A DNA stretch of 41,630 nt from a virus. A model generated the notes under the pieces. It ran no database searches and was not told the origin of the DNA. It saw only the letters and a list, made by a program, of their open reading frames with translations. Both the position numbers and the translations under genes were made by a program. The stretch spans positions 1 to 41,630 of the IMG/VR virus record IMGVR_UViG_3300015265_000006. One strand, 5' to 3'. Numbering within the stretch: the first letter of the stretch is position 1; each line of letters begins with the position of its first letter. This document shows positions 33,418 to 40,724 of this stretch, piece by piece.

Positions 33418-33995
33418 GCTGCTCTCCTGAGTTCACGGGTCTTGGCGCGGTATTCGGCGGTGAGGGCCTTGAGATCTTCGATGGTGTAGCGCTTGGGCTC
33501 ATGGGGGCCTTCTAACCACTCGACCTGCTCGGCGCCGATGCGCTTCACCAGCTCGATTCGGTATTCAACGATTGCCCCGGACTTCCCCATGTTGCAGTTG
33601 CGGTTGCACTGCAGGTGGACGTTCAGCGGCTCAAAGCGCAACTCTGGGCACGACTTAACGGTGCGGTAATGGCCGGCTGCGTACTGGACATTTGCAGTCG
33701 TCCCGCAAGAGATACATGGTTTTCCAGCGTCTCTGGCGCGTATCCAGGCGTTGAAAGCGGTCTGGCAGTCACGCATGTACTGCCCCTTCGTCTTAACGCG
33801 CTCCTTGGCCGCTCTCAGCTCCTTGCGGCCTACATCGGCGAGGGCCTTTCGAGCCTTGTCGGCGTTCTCTGACTTGATCGCCAGTCCACAGGCTGGGCTG
33901 CAGACCTTCTGACCGAGGCGATGAGGCGCGAATGAGGCCCTGCACTCTGGGTTGGCGCAGGTCTTTGGTTTGCGGGGCTTGGATGGGAGGGTCAT
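33414..33995 (-). CDS. ninG: NinG/Rap family recombination endonuclease
   Basis: ORF 33414..34007. ATG 33995 is ATGA-coupled to ninB. Contains CANPEC...CSPAC, AFNAWIRARDAGKPCISCG and AGHYRT...LQCNRNCN. Confidence 0.85.
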   Translation of the reverse strand: MTLPSKPRKPKTCANPECRASFAPHRLGQKVCSPACGLAIKSENADKARKALADVGRKELRAAKERVKTKGQYMRDCQTAFNAWIRARDAGKPCISCGTTANVQYAAGHYRTVKSCPELRFEPLNVHLQCNRNCNMGKSGAIVEYRIELVKRIGAEQVEWLEGPHEPKRYTIEDLKALTAEYRAKTRELRRAA

Positions 33996-34456
33996 GCAGC
34001 CTCCCACTGTTCTGGCATCTGCCCTTTAGGCTCGCTCCAGACCACGCCTTTCTCAGCACCGAAGGCATACATGCACTCGATCACGTCGCCAAGCTCGGAC
34101 ACGGTCATGCGCTTGGTGCTTTCGCCCAGCATGACCACGCCGCCGTTGATGCCTTGGGCCATGCGGATCTCTTGGCGAGCCGCAGCGGTCATCAGCGCTT
34201 TCCAGTCCTCGCTGTCGAGCTTCTGCATCACACCGTTGACCGGCCAATCGACTTGGCGGGAGATGTCGCCCAGCATCGCCCAGAGCTTGGCGTTCTGCTC
34301 AAGGGTGCGGCGGGACTTCACCGGGCGGACGATGATCTCGACGGCGCTGGAGACGGACAGCTCAGCGGCGAACTGGAAGGCCAGCTTGAACACGTCGCGG
34401 ATGCGATTGGCTCCGGCTGACCAGAAGTGACGAGGTTTGACGATGACGTTACCCAC
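33992..34456 (-). CDS. ninB: NinB/Orf family recombination mediator
   Basis: ORF track, 154 aa (GTG start after AAGGGGG). Contains RTLEQNAKLWAMLGDISRQVDW...EDWK. Confidence 0.8.
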   Translation of the reverse strand: MGNVIVKPRHFWSAGANRIRDVFKLAFQFAAELSVSSAVEIIVRPVKSRRTLEQNAKLWAMLGDISRQVDWPVNGVMQKLDSEDWKALMTAAARQEIRMAQGINGGVVMLGESTKRMTVSELGDVIECMYAFGAEKGVVWSEPKGQMPEQWEAA

Positions 34457-34667
34457 GACGCACCCCCTTCGCCTTCAGCTCCACCAAAGCCCCACAAGGC
34501 GCGCAAAGCTTCACGCCCTGAACCGCAGCGCGGCGATCCTCGGGAATCTCCTCTCCGCAGTCCTCGCACTCTTTGGCGCTGATGCCGGTGTAAACGGTGC
34601 GAGTAGCAATTCGGTGGGCCATGTCGGCCTCGATGCGCTCTTGCGCGATATCGATGTCATCGGCCAT
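34449..34667 (-). CDS. TraR/DksA-family C4 zinc-finger protein
   Basis: ORF 34449..34673. ATG 34667 lies 8 nt after AGGAG. Contains CEDCGEEIPEDRR...LCAPCG. Confidence 0.75.
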   Translation of the reverse strand: MADDIDIAQERIEADMAHRIATRTVYTGISAKECEDCGEEIPEDRRAAVQGVKLCAPCGALVELKAKGVRRG

Positions 34668-36046
34668 CAGCATTTCTCCTTGCTTGCGTAGCGGCTGGCG
34701 AGAGGCGTCACCTTGGCGGTGGTCTCTACTGGTTCGGCTTTCCAGCCGGCGGCGAGGTTTTCAAAACGGTTGTACTGACCGAGGAATGCAGCGCGAACGG
34801 TTCCGGTTTCAACGTCCCGGCCCTTGCCGATAATGATTTCGGCTACGCCCTTGTATTCGCTGTGCTCGTTGTAAACCTCATCGCGGTACACGAAGAGGAT
34901 CACGTCGGCGTCCTGCTCGATGGCGCCTGACTCACGCAGGTCTGACGGGATCGGGCGTTTGTTCGGGCGTTCCTCGCATTTCCTGGAGAGCTGACTGAGC
35001 AGCACAACGGGGATGCCCAGCTCACGAGCAAGGAGCTTGCAGCCACGGCTGATGCTGCTGACCTCTTAGGTGCGGTTGCCGCCCTCGCCTTCCATGAGCT
35101 GCAGGTAATCGACCATGAGGATGTCGAGGCCGTAGCGCATTTTGTGGCGCCGTGCGAGCGAGCGAATGCGCCCGACTGTTGCGCCGGCACGGTCAGCGAT
35201 GAAGAGCTTGGACTTGTGAATCCTCGATGTGGCGACGGAAAGCTGATGGCTGTGCGTCTCGCAGGCGGTGCCGTTCTTGATCAGGCTGAGCGGAATCTTG
35301 CCTTCAGACGCCACTGCGCGGTCGATCAACTGGCCCTTGCTCATCTCCAGGCTAACAACAAGGCCGGATTTTGCTTGGCGAATCGCAGCGTTGATCACGA
35401 ACCCCATGGCAAGAGTGGTCTTGCCCATCGCTGGACGGCCGGCAACGATGATTAGCTGCTCGGGCTGCAACCCGCCAAGCACTTTGTCTAGGTCATCCAG
35501 ACCAGTAGACAGGCCGATAAGTGTCTCGCCTTTCAGGTAGCGGTCATACCGATCCTGCCAGACCTCGACCTGATCACCGATGATGTCGGAAGCGCGCACC
35601 ACATCATCCGAGCCGGCGCCGCTGTCGAGCGCCATCGCAGCAGCTTGGATTGCGGAGATTTTCGACTGGGTATCCTGCTCGCTCTGCGCTATGTCCATCG
35701 CATTGCTGCCCAGATCGTACAGAGCGCGGTCTATGGCGCGCTCACGGACGATTGCAGCGTAGGTTGATGCGTTGGCCACGCTTGGGGTGTTATCGACGAT
35801 CTCAGCACAGTAGCCGAGCCCACGGACGCCATTCGGCAGTACACCGATGTGTTCTCCGACCGTCAGGAAGTCCACGGACTGGCGCAGAGCGCGGACAGCC
35901 ATGATCCCGCGATAGACCTCGGCATTCTCTGGGAAGTAGAACGACTCGGCAGACAGATCGTCGCTCAGGGTTTCGATCAACTCAGGGCGCTTCATCATCG
36001 CGCCCAGCAGGCCGTGCTCGGCCTCGATGCTGTAGGGATCACGCAT
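34667..36046 (-). pseudogene. dnaB: DnaB-type replicative helicase interrupted by one in-frame TAA (35066-35068)
   Basis: ORFs 35066..36064 and 34667..35005 are in the same frame. Hand translation across the gap gives [42 protein letters not shown]. Walker A GRPAMGKT lies upstream and [14 protein letters not shown] downstream. Confidence 0.85.
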
Positions 36047-36839
36047 TGTAATTGCCCTCCACAACCTTCACGAAGTTGCTTGGGGCAATCAGCCAGTCGA
36101 AGGAGGCGCGGAACGACTTCCCACCGTTGCGGCCTGGAACGCGGCCCATCAGGAAGTCAGAAGTCTTTACTTGGAAAAAGTAATCAGCCCAGAACTCAAG
36201 GTCTCGGTGAACAGGGCTTTCACGCCACCGAGCTTGCAGCGAGCGCTTGCGGCTGTCGTTGAGCATTGCTACTGCTGGCAGCTCAGGGAGCGCTTGGTGG
36301 TACAGGTTGACAATGGCCTGATATGGGCAAGCTTCGATTGCCGGCGCCTGACGGGAAACTTTCTCCGCTTGCTCTGGTTGACGCTCGGCGTCGACGACTA
36401 CTCCGTTAGGAGTAGTATTTGTATTTCTTTCTTTAATGTGTGTAGTTTCCAACACAGTGGAGTGTATGTTTTTTACACAGTGTGTAGATTTCGACACGGT
36501 AGGTTTTGGGTCTACTTTCCATTCTTTTGGAGGGAGGAAAGTGATCGGATCTCGACTGCCACCGTCACGGAAAAGTACCCGCTGACGGATCAGCGAATTG
36601 ATCGCTCTGGAGACGTTTGCGCGTTCGTTGCCGGCGCCGCTCTCGCCGTACATCATCTTGGCGATATACATGGCCGCCACCTTCACGGCTTCCTTGTTGT
36701 AGCCGGCAGTGAGCCGATGTACAGCAAGAGCGACGCGCAGTTCACGACCAGACAGTTCAGCCCCAATTAGGGCCTCATACAGCTCGTTGTCCATCCGGGT
36801 AAAGCCCCCGGCCGATTTCAGTTGGATGACGTTGCTCAT
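36039..36839 (-). CDS. Replication initiator, lambda O-like N-terminal domain
   Basis: ORF 36039..36887. ATG 36839 is ATGA-coupled. FTRMDNELYEALIGAELSGRELRVALAVHRLT fits the Phage_rep_O N-domain. The iterons lie in the inter-domain linker. Confidence 0.8.
   Translation of the reverse strand: MSNVIQLKSAGGFTRMDNELYEALIGAELSGRELRVALAVHRLTAGYNKEAVKVAAMYIAKMMYGESGAGNERANVSRAINSLIRQRVLFRDGGSRDPITFLPPKEWKVDPKPTVSKSTHCVKNIHSTVLETTHIKERNTNTTPNGVVVDAERQPEQAEKVSRQAPAIEACPYQAIVNLYHQALPELPAVAMLNDSRKRSLQARWRESPVHRDLEFWADYFFQVKTSDFLMGRVPGRNGGKSFRASFDWLIAPSNFVKVVEGNYNA
36398..36497. promoter_or_regulatory. Candidate replication origin inside the O-like gene (iterons + AT-rich tract)
   Basis: GTGTGTAGTTTCCAACAC (36438-36455), GTGTATGTTTTTTACAC (36462-36478) and GTGTGTAGATTTCGACAC (36480-36497). 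AT-rich tract at 36409-36437. Hairpin CTACTCC-GTTA-GGAGTAG at 36398-36415. Confidence 0.6.
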
Positions 36840-37027
36840 GCCGATTCCCCTTCGTGCGACAGGGATGCCTTCAGGTGCTGGAGGCATTCACGGCGAAACT
36901 TGGTCTTGGAGTCGTTGGTGTATTGGAAGCGGATCATGCGGGCGGCATACATCGCGGCGTGCTGGTGAAAGCTCACGGCGTGCGATGTAAATACCGGGGG
37001 GTTGACGCTGGTATCGATATTGGTCAT
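36836..37027 (-). CDS. Hypothetical protein
   Basis: ORF 36836..37051. ATG 37027 lies 6 nt after GGAG. Confidence 0.5.
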   Translation of the reverse strand: MTNIDTSVNPPVFTSHAVSFHQHAAMYAARMIRFQYTNDSKTKFRRECLQHLKASLSHEGESA

Positions 37028-37065
37028 TATTCGCTCCAGAACGTTGTGCAATACGTTGTGAAAGA

Positions 37066-37092
37066 AACCAGGCCGTGAACCTGGTTTTTTTT
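37066..37092. terminator. Bidirectional intrinsic terminator inside the PR operon (tR1-like position)
   Basis: AACCAGG-CCGTGAA-CCTGGTT is followed by T8 on the plus strand. The minus strand has the same stem followed by TTCTTTC. Confidence 0.6.
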
Positions 37093-37105
37093 CGCCTGTG
37101 ATTTG

Positions 37106-37312
37106 TCATTGATCATTTTTGAGTCCCTCTTTAGGGTCTAATTGGTACAGCTTTGCCTTCGGTCGCCCGAGTTTTGCCGGGCCTCCCATCGCCAGAAACT
37201 CAATGGCGATTTCCTCAAGCGCTTCATCGATGCTCAGGCCCTTCTTGAGGGCGTATGCAGCGATCCTTTCCTTCGAGCGGCTAGACAGGCGCTCGTAATC
37301 AATTTCAGGCAC
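37106..37312 (-). CDS. Hypothetical protein
   Basis: ORF track, 68 aa. GTG start 4 nt after GGAGG. Confidence 0.5.
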   Translation of the reverse strand: MPEIDYERLSSRSKERIAAYALKKGLSIDEALEEIAIEFLAMGGPAKLGRPKAKLYQLDPKEGLKNDQ

Positions 37313-37330
37313 GTGACCTCCAAAGGGCCT

Positions 37331-37531
37331 CTAGGCCGCGCTAGACTTCTGGTCGTCCTTACTCAGTGCTTCGATTGCTCCGTTTTCGACGGCCCACTCG
37401 ATCATTTCGTAGAGGTATGTGGCGTGTTGCATTTCGGCGCGCTCAGCAGCACGGACCAGAATCCGGTCGAGCGTTTTGTTGAAACGAACCTTCCGAGGTG
37501 TGTCGCGCTTGTGGGATTGATCTGCGTACAT
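37331..37531 (-). CDS. Small regulator-like protein (RHH-like; cII position)
   Basis: ORF track, 66 aa. PRKVRFNKTLDRILVRAAERAEM resembles a ribbon-helix-helix N-terminus. It is the second gene after cro. Confidence 0.45.
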   Translation of the reverse strand: MYADQSHKRDTPRKVRFNKTLDRILVRAAERAEMQHATYLYEMIEWAVENGAIEALSKDDQKSSAA

Positions 37532-37561
37532 CGGTGATTTCCTTTCGTGGCTGGGAATTGG

Positions 37562-37756
37562 TTAGGCGGCAGGAGTAAGGAAGCGCATGGCATCTTCGGA
37601 TGCTTTGAGTGCGCCGCCAGTGATCGCCTGCAACTGAAGCTGGCGAAGGGGAGGCACCGATTCAGGCCACTGAGAAACCGCTCCAGGGCTAATGCCCAGA
37701 GCCTCAGCAACCTTACTGACGCCTTTGAAGTGGTTGAGAACCTCAGTCTTTTTCAT
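37562..37756 (-). CDS. cro: Cro/YdaS-type HTH repressor
   Basis: ORF track, 64 aa. HTH VSKVAEALGISPGAVSQW. Divergent from cI across the operator region. GGAG lies 5 nt upstream. Confidence 0.8.
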   Translation of the reverse strand: MKKTEVLNHFKGVSKVAEALGISPGAVSQWPESVPPLRQLQLQAITGGALKASEDAMRFLTPAA

Positions 37757-37780
37757 AAGTGCTCCACTTGGTTTGGTTGA

Positions 37781-37855
37781 ATTTAAGCATGCTTAATCAA
37801 CCAGCGCAAGACGGCACTGCATGCTTAAGTACGCGGGAATTAAGCTGGCTTAAAT
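37781..37855. promoter_or_regulatory. OR operator cluster with PR (leftward) and PRM-like (rightward) promoters
   Basis: Operators: TTAAGCATGCTTAA (37783-37796, perfect palindrome), CACTGCATGCTTAA (37815-37828) and TTAAGCTGGCTTAA (37840-37853). PR on the minus strand is TTGCGC (37809-37804), 17-nt spacer, TTAAAT (37786-37781). A plus-strand TTAAAT lies at 37850-37855. Confidence 0.7.
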
Positions 37856-37873
37856 TTTGACGGGATTCATCTG

Positions 37874-38602
37874 ATGATATTTTTCGGGCGGGAGATCGCT
37901 GAGCCAGCCGGGCGGCATGAACGCGTCGCATTGGCGATAGAGCACAGCAAACTGTCAAAAACCGAGATGGCGAAGCGGTGCGGGGTATCACCGTCCGCCG
38001 TAACGCAGTGGACGACTGGTGAAACCGCATCTATAAGACCAGAGAACCTTTTCGCGCTTGCGTCCGAGTCTGGAGTAAGCGCAAGGTGGATCGCGACTGG
38101 TGAAGGAACCCCAGAGCCGTACAGGCCGGGTAACAATGTGATTGCGTGGGAAGCGCCTGAGGATCTTCCAGATGACCAGTTTATTATCGTGCCTCGGATA
38201 GAGGTGAGATTTGCTGCAGGGACGGGAGAGATGGTGATAGAGGAAGTGCACCAGGATCAGGGAAATGCGTACCGGATGGATTGGATAAGGCGAAAGCGGC
38301 TGAACCCCAAAAACTTGTCAGACTTCATCGTAACTGGAGAGTCAATGGAGCCAACTCTCCCGCAAGGCGCAAAGGTCACACTGGACTTAAGCAACACCGC
38401 GATTCAGGACGGGAAAGTCTACGGCATCCGATATGGAAATGAATTGCGGATCAAGAGGCTATATAAGAGGTTCGATGGTGGGCTGATCATCCGCTCCGAC
38501 AATGCCACGAAGAACCCAGACGAAAGCCTTAACCCCGACCAGCTTGAGCACGTAACTGTCATTGGACGGTACGTTGCGCACAGCTTCGACGGCGATATCT
38601 AG
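37874..38602 (+). CDS. cI: CI-type repressor (HTH + S24 LexA-like peptidase domain)
   Basis: ORF track, 242 aa. HTH LSKTEMAKRCGVSPSAVTQW. S24 domain GESMEPTL...LRIKRLYKR.DGGLIIRSDN. Confidence 0.9.
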   Translation: MIFFGREIAEPAGRHERVALAIEHSKLSKTEMAKRCGVSPSAVTQWTTGETASIRPENLFALASESGVSARWIATGEGTPEPYRPGNNVIAWEAPEDLPDDQFIIVPRIEVRFAAGTGEMVIEEVHQDQGNAYRMDWIRRKRLNPKNLSDFIVTGESMEPTLPQGAKVTLDLSNTAIQDGKVYGIRYGNELRIKRLYKRFDGGLIIRSDNATKNPDESLNPDQLEHVTVIGRYVAHSFDGDI

Positions 38603-38630
38603 TCCGAAAGTCGTATTGCGTGACCCACCG

Positions 38631-38655
38631 AAGCCCGCCTAGCGCGGGCTTTTTG
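38631..38655 (+). terminator. Intrinsic terminator after cI
   Basis: AAGCCCGC-CTAGC-GCGGGCTT followed by TTTTG. Confidence 0.75.
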
Positions 38656-38666
38656 CTGCCTCATGG

Positions 38667-38727
38667 TTAAGCTTGCTAAATTATTTTCATCAGCATGCTT
38701 GACGCGACCTTTTAAGCAAGCTTAAAT
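38667..38727 (+). promoter_or_regulatory. OL operator cluster with PL promoter
   Basis: Operators: TTAAGCTTGCTAAA (38667-38680), ATCAGCATGCTTGA (38689-38702) and TTAAGCAAGCTTAA (38712-38725). PL is TTGACG (38699-38704), 17-nt spacer, TTAAAT (38722-38727). Confidence 0.7.
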
Positions 38728-38986
38728 GACCTCAAGCCGAACGAAACACAGGCCCGCAACAAGGCAGCGATGAACCGGCCTCAACGGTTCAGAGGGTTGG
38801 CAACTGACCCGGGTGTGCAGCGTAAAGCACCGAAAGCAGTTTTCTGGCGGACAGGGTCGCGGCTGGAAGAACAATCTGAGATTCAAGCCGGTGACCGACG
38901 CCAGTAGCGGGTCACGGAGATACACCCACAGATTTACTGATGCCGCTTCGATGAGGCGGCATTGGAAATCAACGGAGGGTAAGACG

Positions 38987-39217
38987 ATGACGCAAACATT
39001 TGAACAAGGATGGGCAGCTCGCTCGTTCTCAGAGCAATTCCCAGGCATGGATGCGAAAGATGCTGAACGTCTGGATCGCCTGAATCATGCGATCTCAGAC
39101 CTGTACATGGCCGACATGCTGACGGATAGCCAACTCCAGGCTATCAGGGAGAAAAAGATGCCAAAGGCCGTCAGCAAAGCAGTGGCAAAGATGAAAGCAA
39201 GCGCTACGTCAGCCTGA
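38987..39217 (+). CDS. Hypothetical protein, first well-supported gene of the PL operon
   Basis: In-frame ATG 38987 within ORF 38813..39217, 5 nt after GGAGGG. 76 aa. Confidence 0.55.
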   Translation: MTQTFEQGWAARSFSEQFPGMDAKDAERLDRLNHAISDLYMADMLTDSQLQAIREKKMPKAVSKAVAKMKASATSA

Positions 39218-39448
39218 ACCATCTTCCTGCGCATTCCCAGAGTGCGCAGCGGGATGCGGACGAAAGCAACCTCCGCGCAACGCGGCCCCTGCATCAATCA
39301 CCACTGACGAAACACCCAGTCGCGCCTCCAGTAGAGAGCGACCGGATATCAGATGGCTTCCTGCTGTTTCAGGATCGCCATCTTGCTTTACAAATGCCTC
39401 TCAAACCCCGGGAGGCATTCGAAAGCCATAAACGATGGAGAAAGTGTG

Positions 39449-39751
39449 ATGAGAGAATTCAAAGGCACGCCGGGCCCGTGGCAGCACTTAGGGGACCCTG
39501 ATGATGAGTGCCGTGTACGCCAAACAGCCTCTGTGCGGCACGGCGACGGCTACTGCTCAGAAATCACGATTTGCGAGAGCATCAGCTCAAAAGACAATGC
39601 CAGGCTGATCGCCGCCGCGCCTGAACTGCTGGCGGCATTACAAAAGCTCCACGCATCGCTGAAATCGCTGAACGACTGTGGTGATGCAGGCCGGATGGTC
39701 GAAGAAGACGTTGAAACGGCCCGCGCAGCCATTGCGCTGGTACTGGAATAA
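39449..39751 (+). CDS. Hypothetical protein (GTPGPW...NARLIAAAPELL motif)
   Basis: In-frame ATG 39449 within ORF 39353..39751, after GGAGA. 100 aa. Confidence 0.55.
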   Translation: MREFKGTPGPWQHLGDPDDECRVRQTASVRHGDGYCSEITICESISSKDNARLIAAAPELLAALQKLHASLKSLNDCGDAGRMVEEDVETARAAIALVLE

Positions 39752-40040
39752 CCCACTCCATCGTCCGCCGTACGCAACGGCCCGATATCTCTCTGGGGAA
39801 ACTCGTTTAGAGAGTGCGCCTGTATCGGAGAGCACCTTGTGTAAATCGCGAATAGCTGGGCGCCACAGTGATGTCGCGGATCAAGGTGTTCTACCAATGC
39901 AGGTACAGCTGCAAGCGCCCGATTGGACGGCGTATTTACCCTGTACGACAACGCGGAGGATTTGCAGCCATGTAACAGACAGCCAAGCCCTCCAGCAGGA
40001 GGCAAACACCTCTCACGTAGGGTGGTCTTCGTGAGTGAGT

Positions 40041-40070
40041 AAAGCCCGGCATACGTGTCGGGCTTTTTAT
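40041..40070 (+). terminator. Intrinsic terminator inside the PL operon
   Basis: AAGCCCG-GCATACGTGT-CGGGCTT followed by TTTTATT. It lies about 20 nt before the SD of the next gene. Confidence 0.75.
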
Positions 40071-40090
40071 TGGGCGATTGGAGGTGAGTG

Positions 40091-40339
40091 ATGAGCAATA
40101 AAGGCGGTGGGCCGGCGTTCCCGGTTGCAGATTACGACCATCAAATTTTTCAGCCGAAGAATGAACTGGAGGCGAAGCGTTATTTATCCGGTATGTCCCT
40201 GCGCGATTACTTCGCGGCTAAGGCTATGCAGGCCTATGTCACAAGGGGCGGCTATCCAGATGATGGTTTTGATGAGCTCATCTCGAAATGGGCTTACGAG
40301 ATCTCGGACGCAATGCTCGAAGCGCGGGGCCAGCCATGA
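40091..40339 (+). CDS. Hypothetical protein (GGPAFP...GMSLRDYFAAKAM motif)
   Basis: ORF 40088..40339. ATG 40091 lies 6 nt after GGAGG. Confidence 0.6.
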   Translation: MSNKGGGPAFPVADYDHQIFQPKNELEAKRYLSGMSLRDYFAAKAMQAYVTRGGYPDDGFDELISKWAYEISDAMLEARGQP

Positions 40340-40461
40340 AACGCACAACCCCACCCCTCCCCCGCAAGCCCCGCCCCGACGTCCACGACTGCGCCAAAGG
40401 TCGGATGCATGACGCGCCGAGGAAGATCGTTACCACTATGCCGGGCGGGTATATCGCCTAG
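40336..40461 (+). CDS. Small basic hypothetical protein (41 aa)
   Basis: ATG 40336 is ATGA-coupled to the upstream stop. Translation MKRTTPPLPRKPRPDVHDCAKGRMHDAPRKIVTTMPGGYIA. Confidence 0.3.
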   Translation: MKRTTPPLPRKPRPDVHDCAKGRMHDAPRKIVTTMPGGYIA

Positions 40462-40470
40462 GAGATTGAG

Positions 40471-40704
40471 ATGAGCGAATGGATCAAGTGCAGCGAGAAT
40501 CTGCCAGAAAGCGGTGAGCCAGTCCTGATCAGGTTCGAAAATGGAGCTCACCAAGTTGGCGCGCTGTTCTGGGACGAGCCGATCCAGCCGGAAGAAACTT
40601 TCGAGCCATACCGCTACTGGGATGATCAAGACAACGACGGAAGCGGCTGGGACTCTGATCGTATCACCCACTGGATGCCGCTCCCTGCTCCGCCAACCAA
40701 ATAA
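40471..40704 (+). CDS. DUF551-like protein (second copy of the family)
   Basis: ORF track, 77 aa. Contains WIKCSENLPESGEPVLI...ITHWMPLPAPP. Confidence 0.65.
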   Translation: MSEWIKCSENLPESGEPVLIRFENGAHQVGALFWDEPIQPEETFEPYRYWDDQDNDGSGWDSDRITHWMPLPAPPTK

Positions 40705-40724
40705 CCCCGCCACTACTGGAGGCA

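Noticed and set aside
39085-39297. 70-aa minus-strand ORF with a long hydrophobic segment
   Set aside because: The hydrophobic stretch is the antisense of the Lys/Ala-rich C-terminus of the 76-aa plus-strand gene. It has no RBS and opposes the PL operon.
39550-40098. 182-aa minus-strand ORF and 118-aa plus-strand ORF (39678-40034) in the gap after the 100-aa gene
   Set aside because: Neither has an SD. The minus-strand ORF runs against the operon direction and through a plus-strand terminator, and its composition is atypical (Ser/Ala/Leu/Pro-rich). The region is treated as non-coding RNA or UTR instead.
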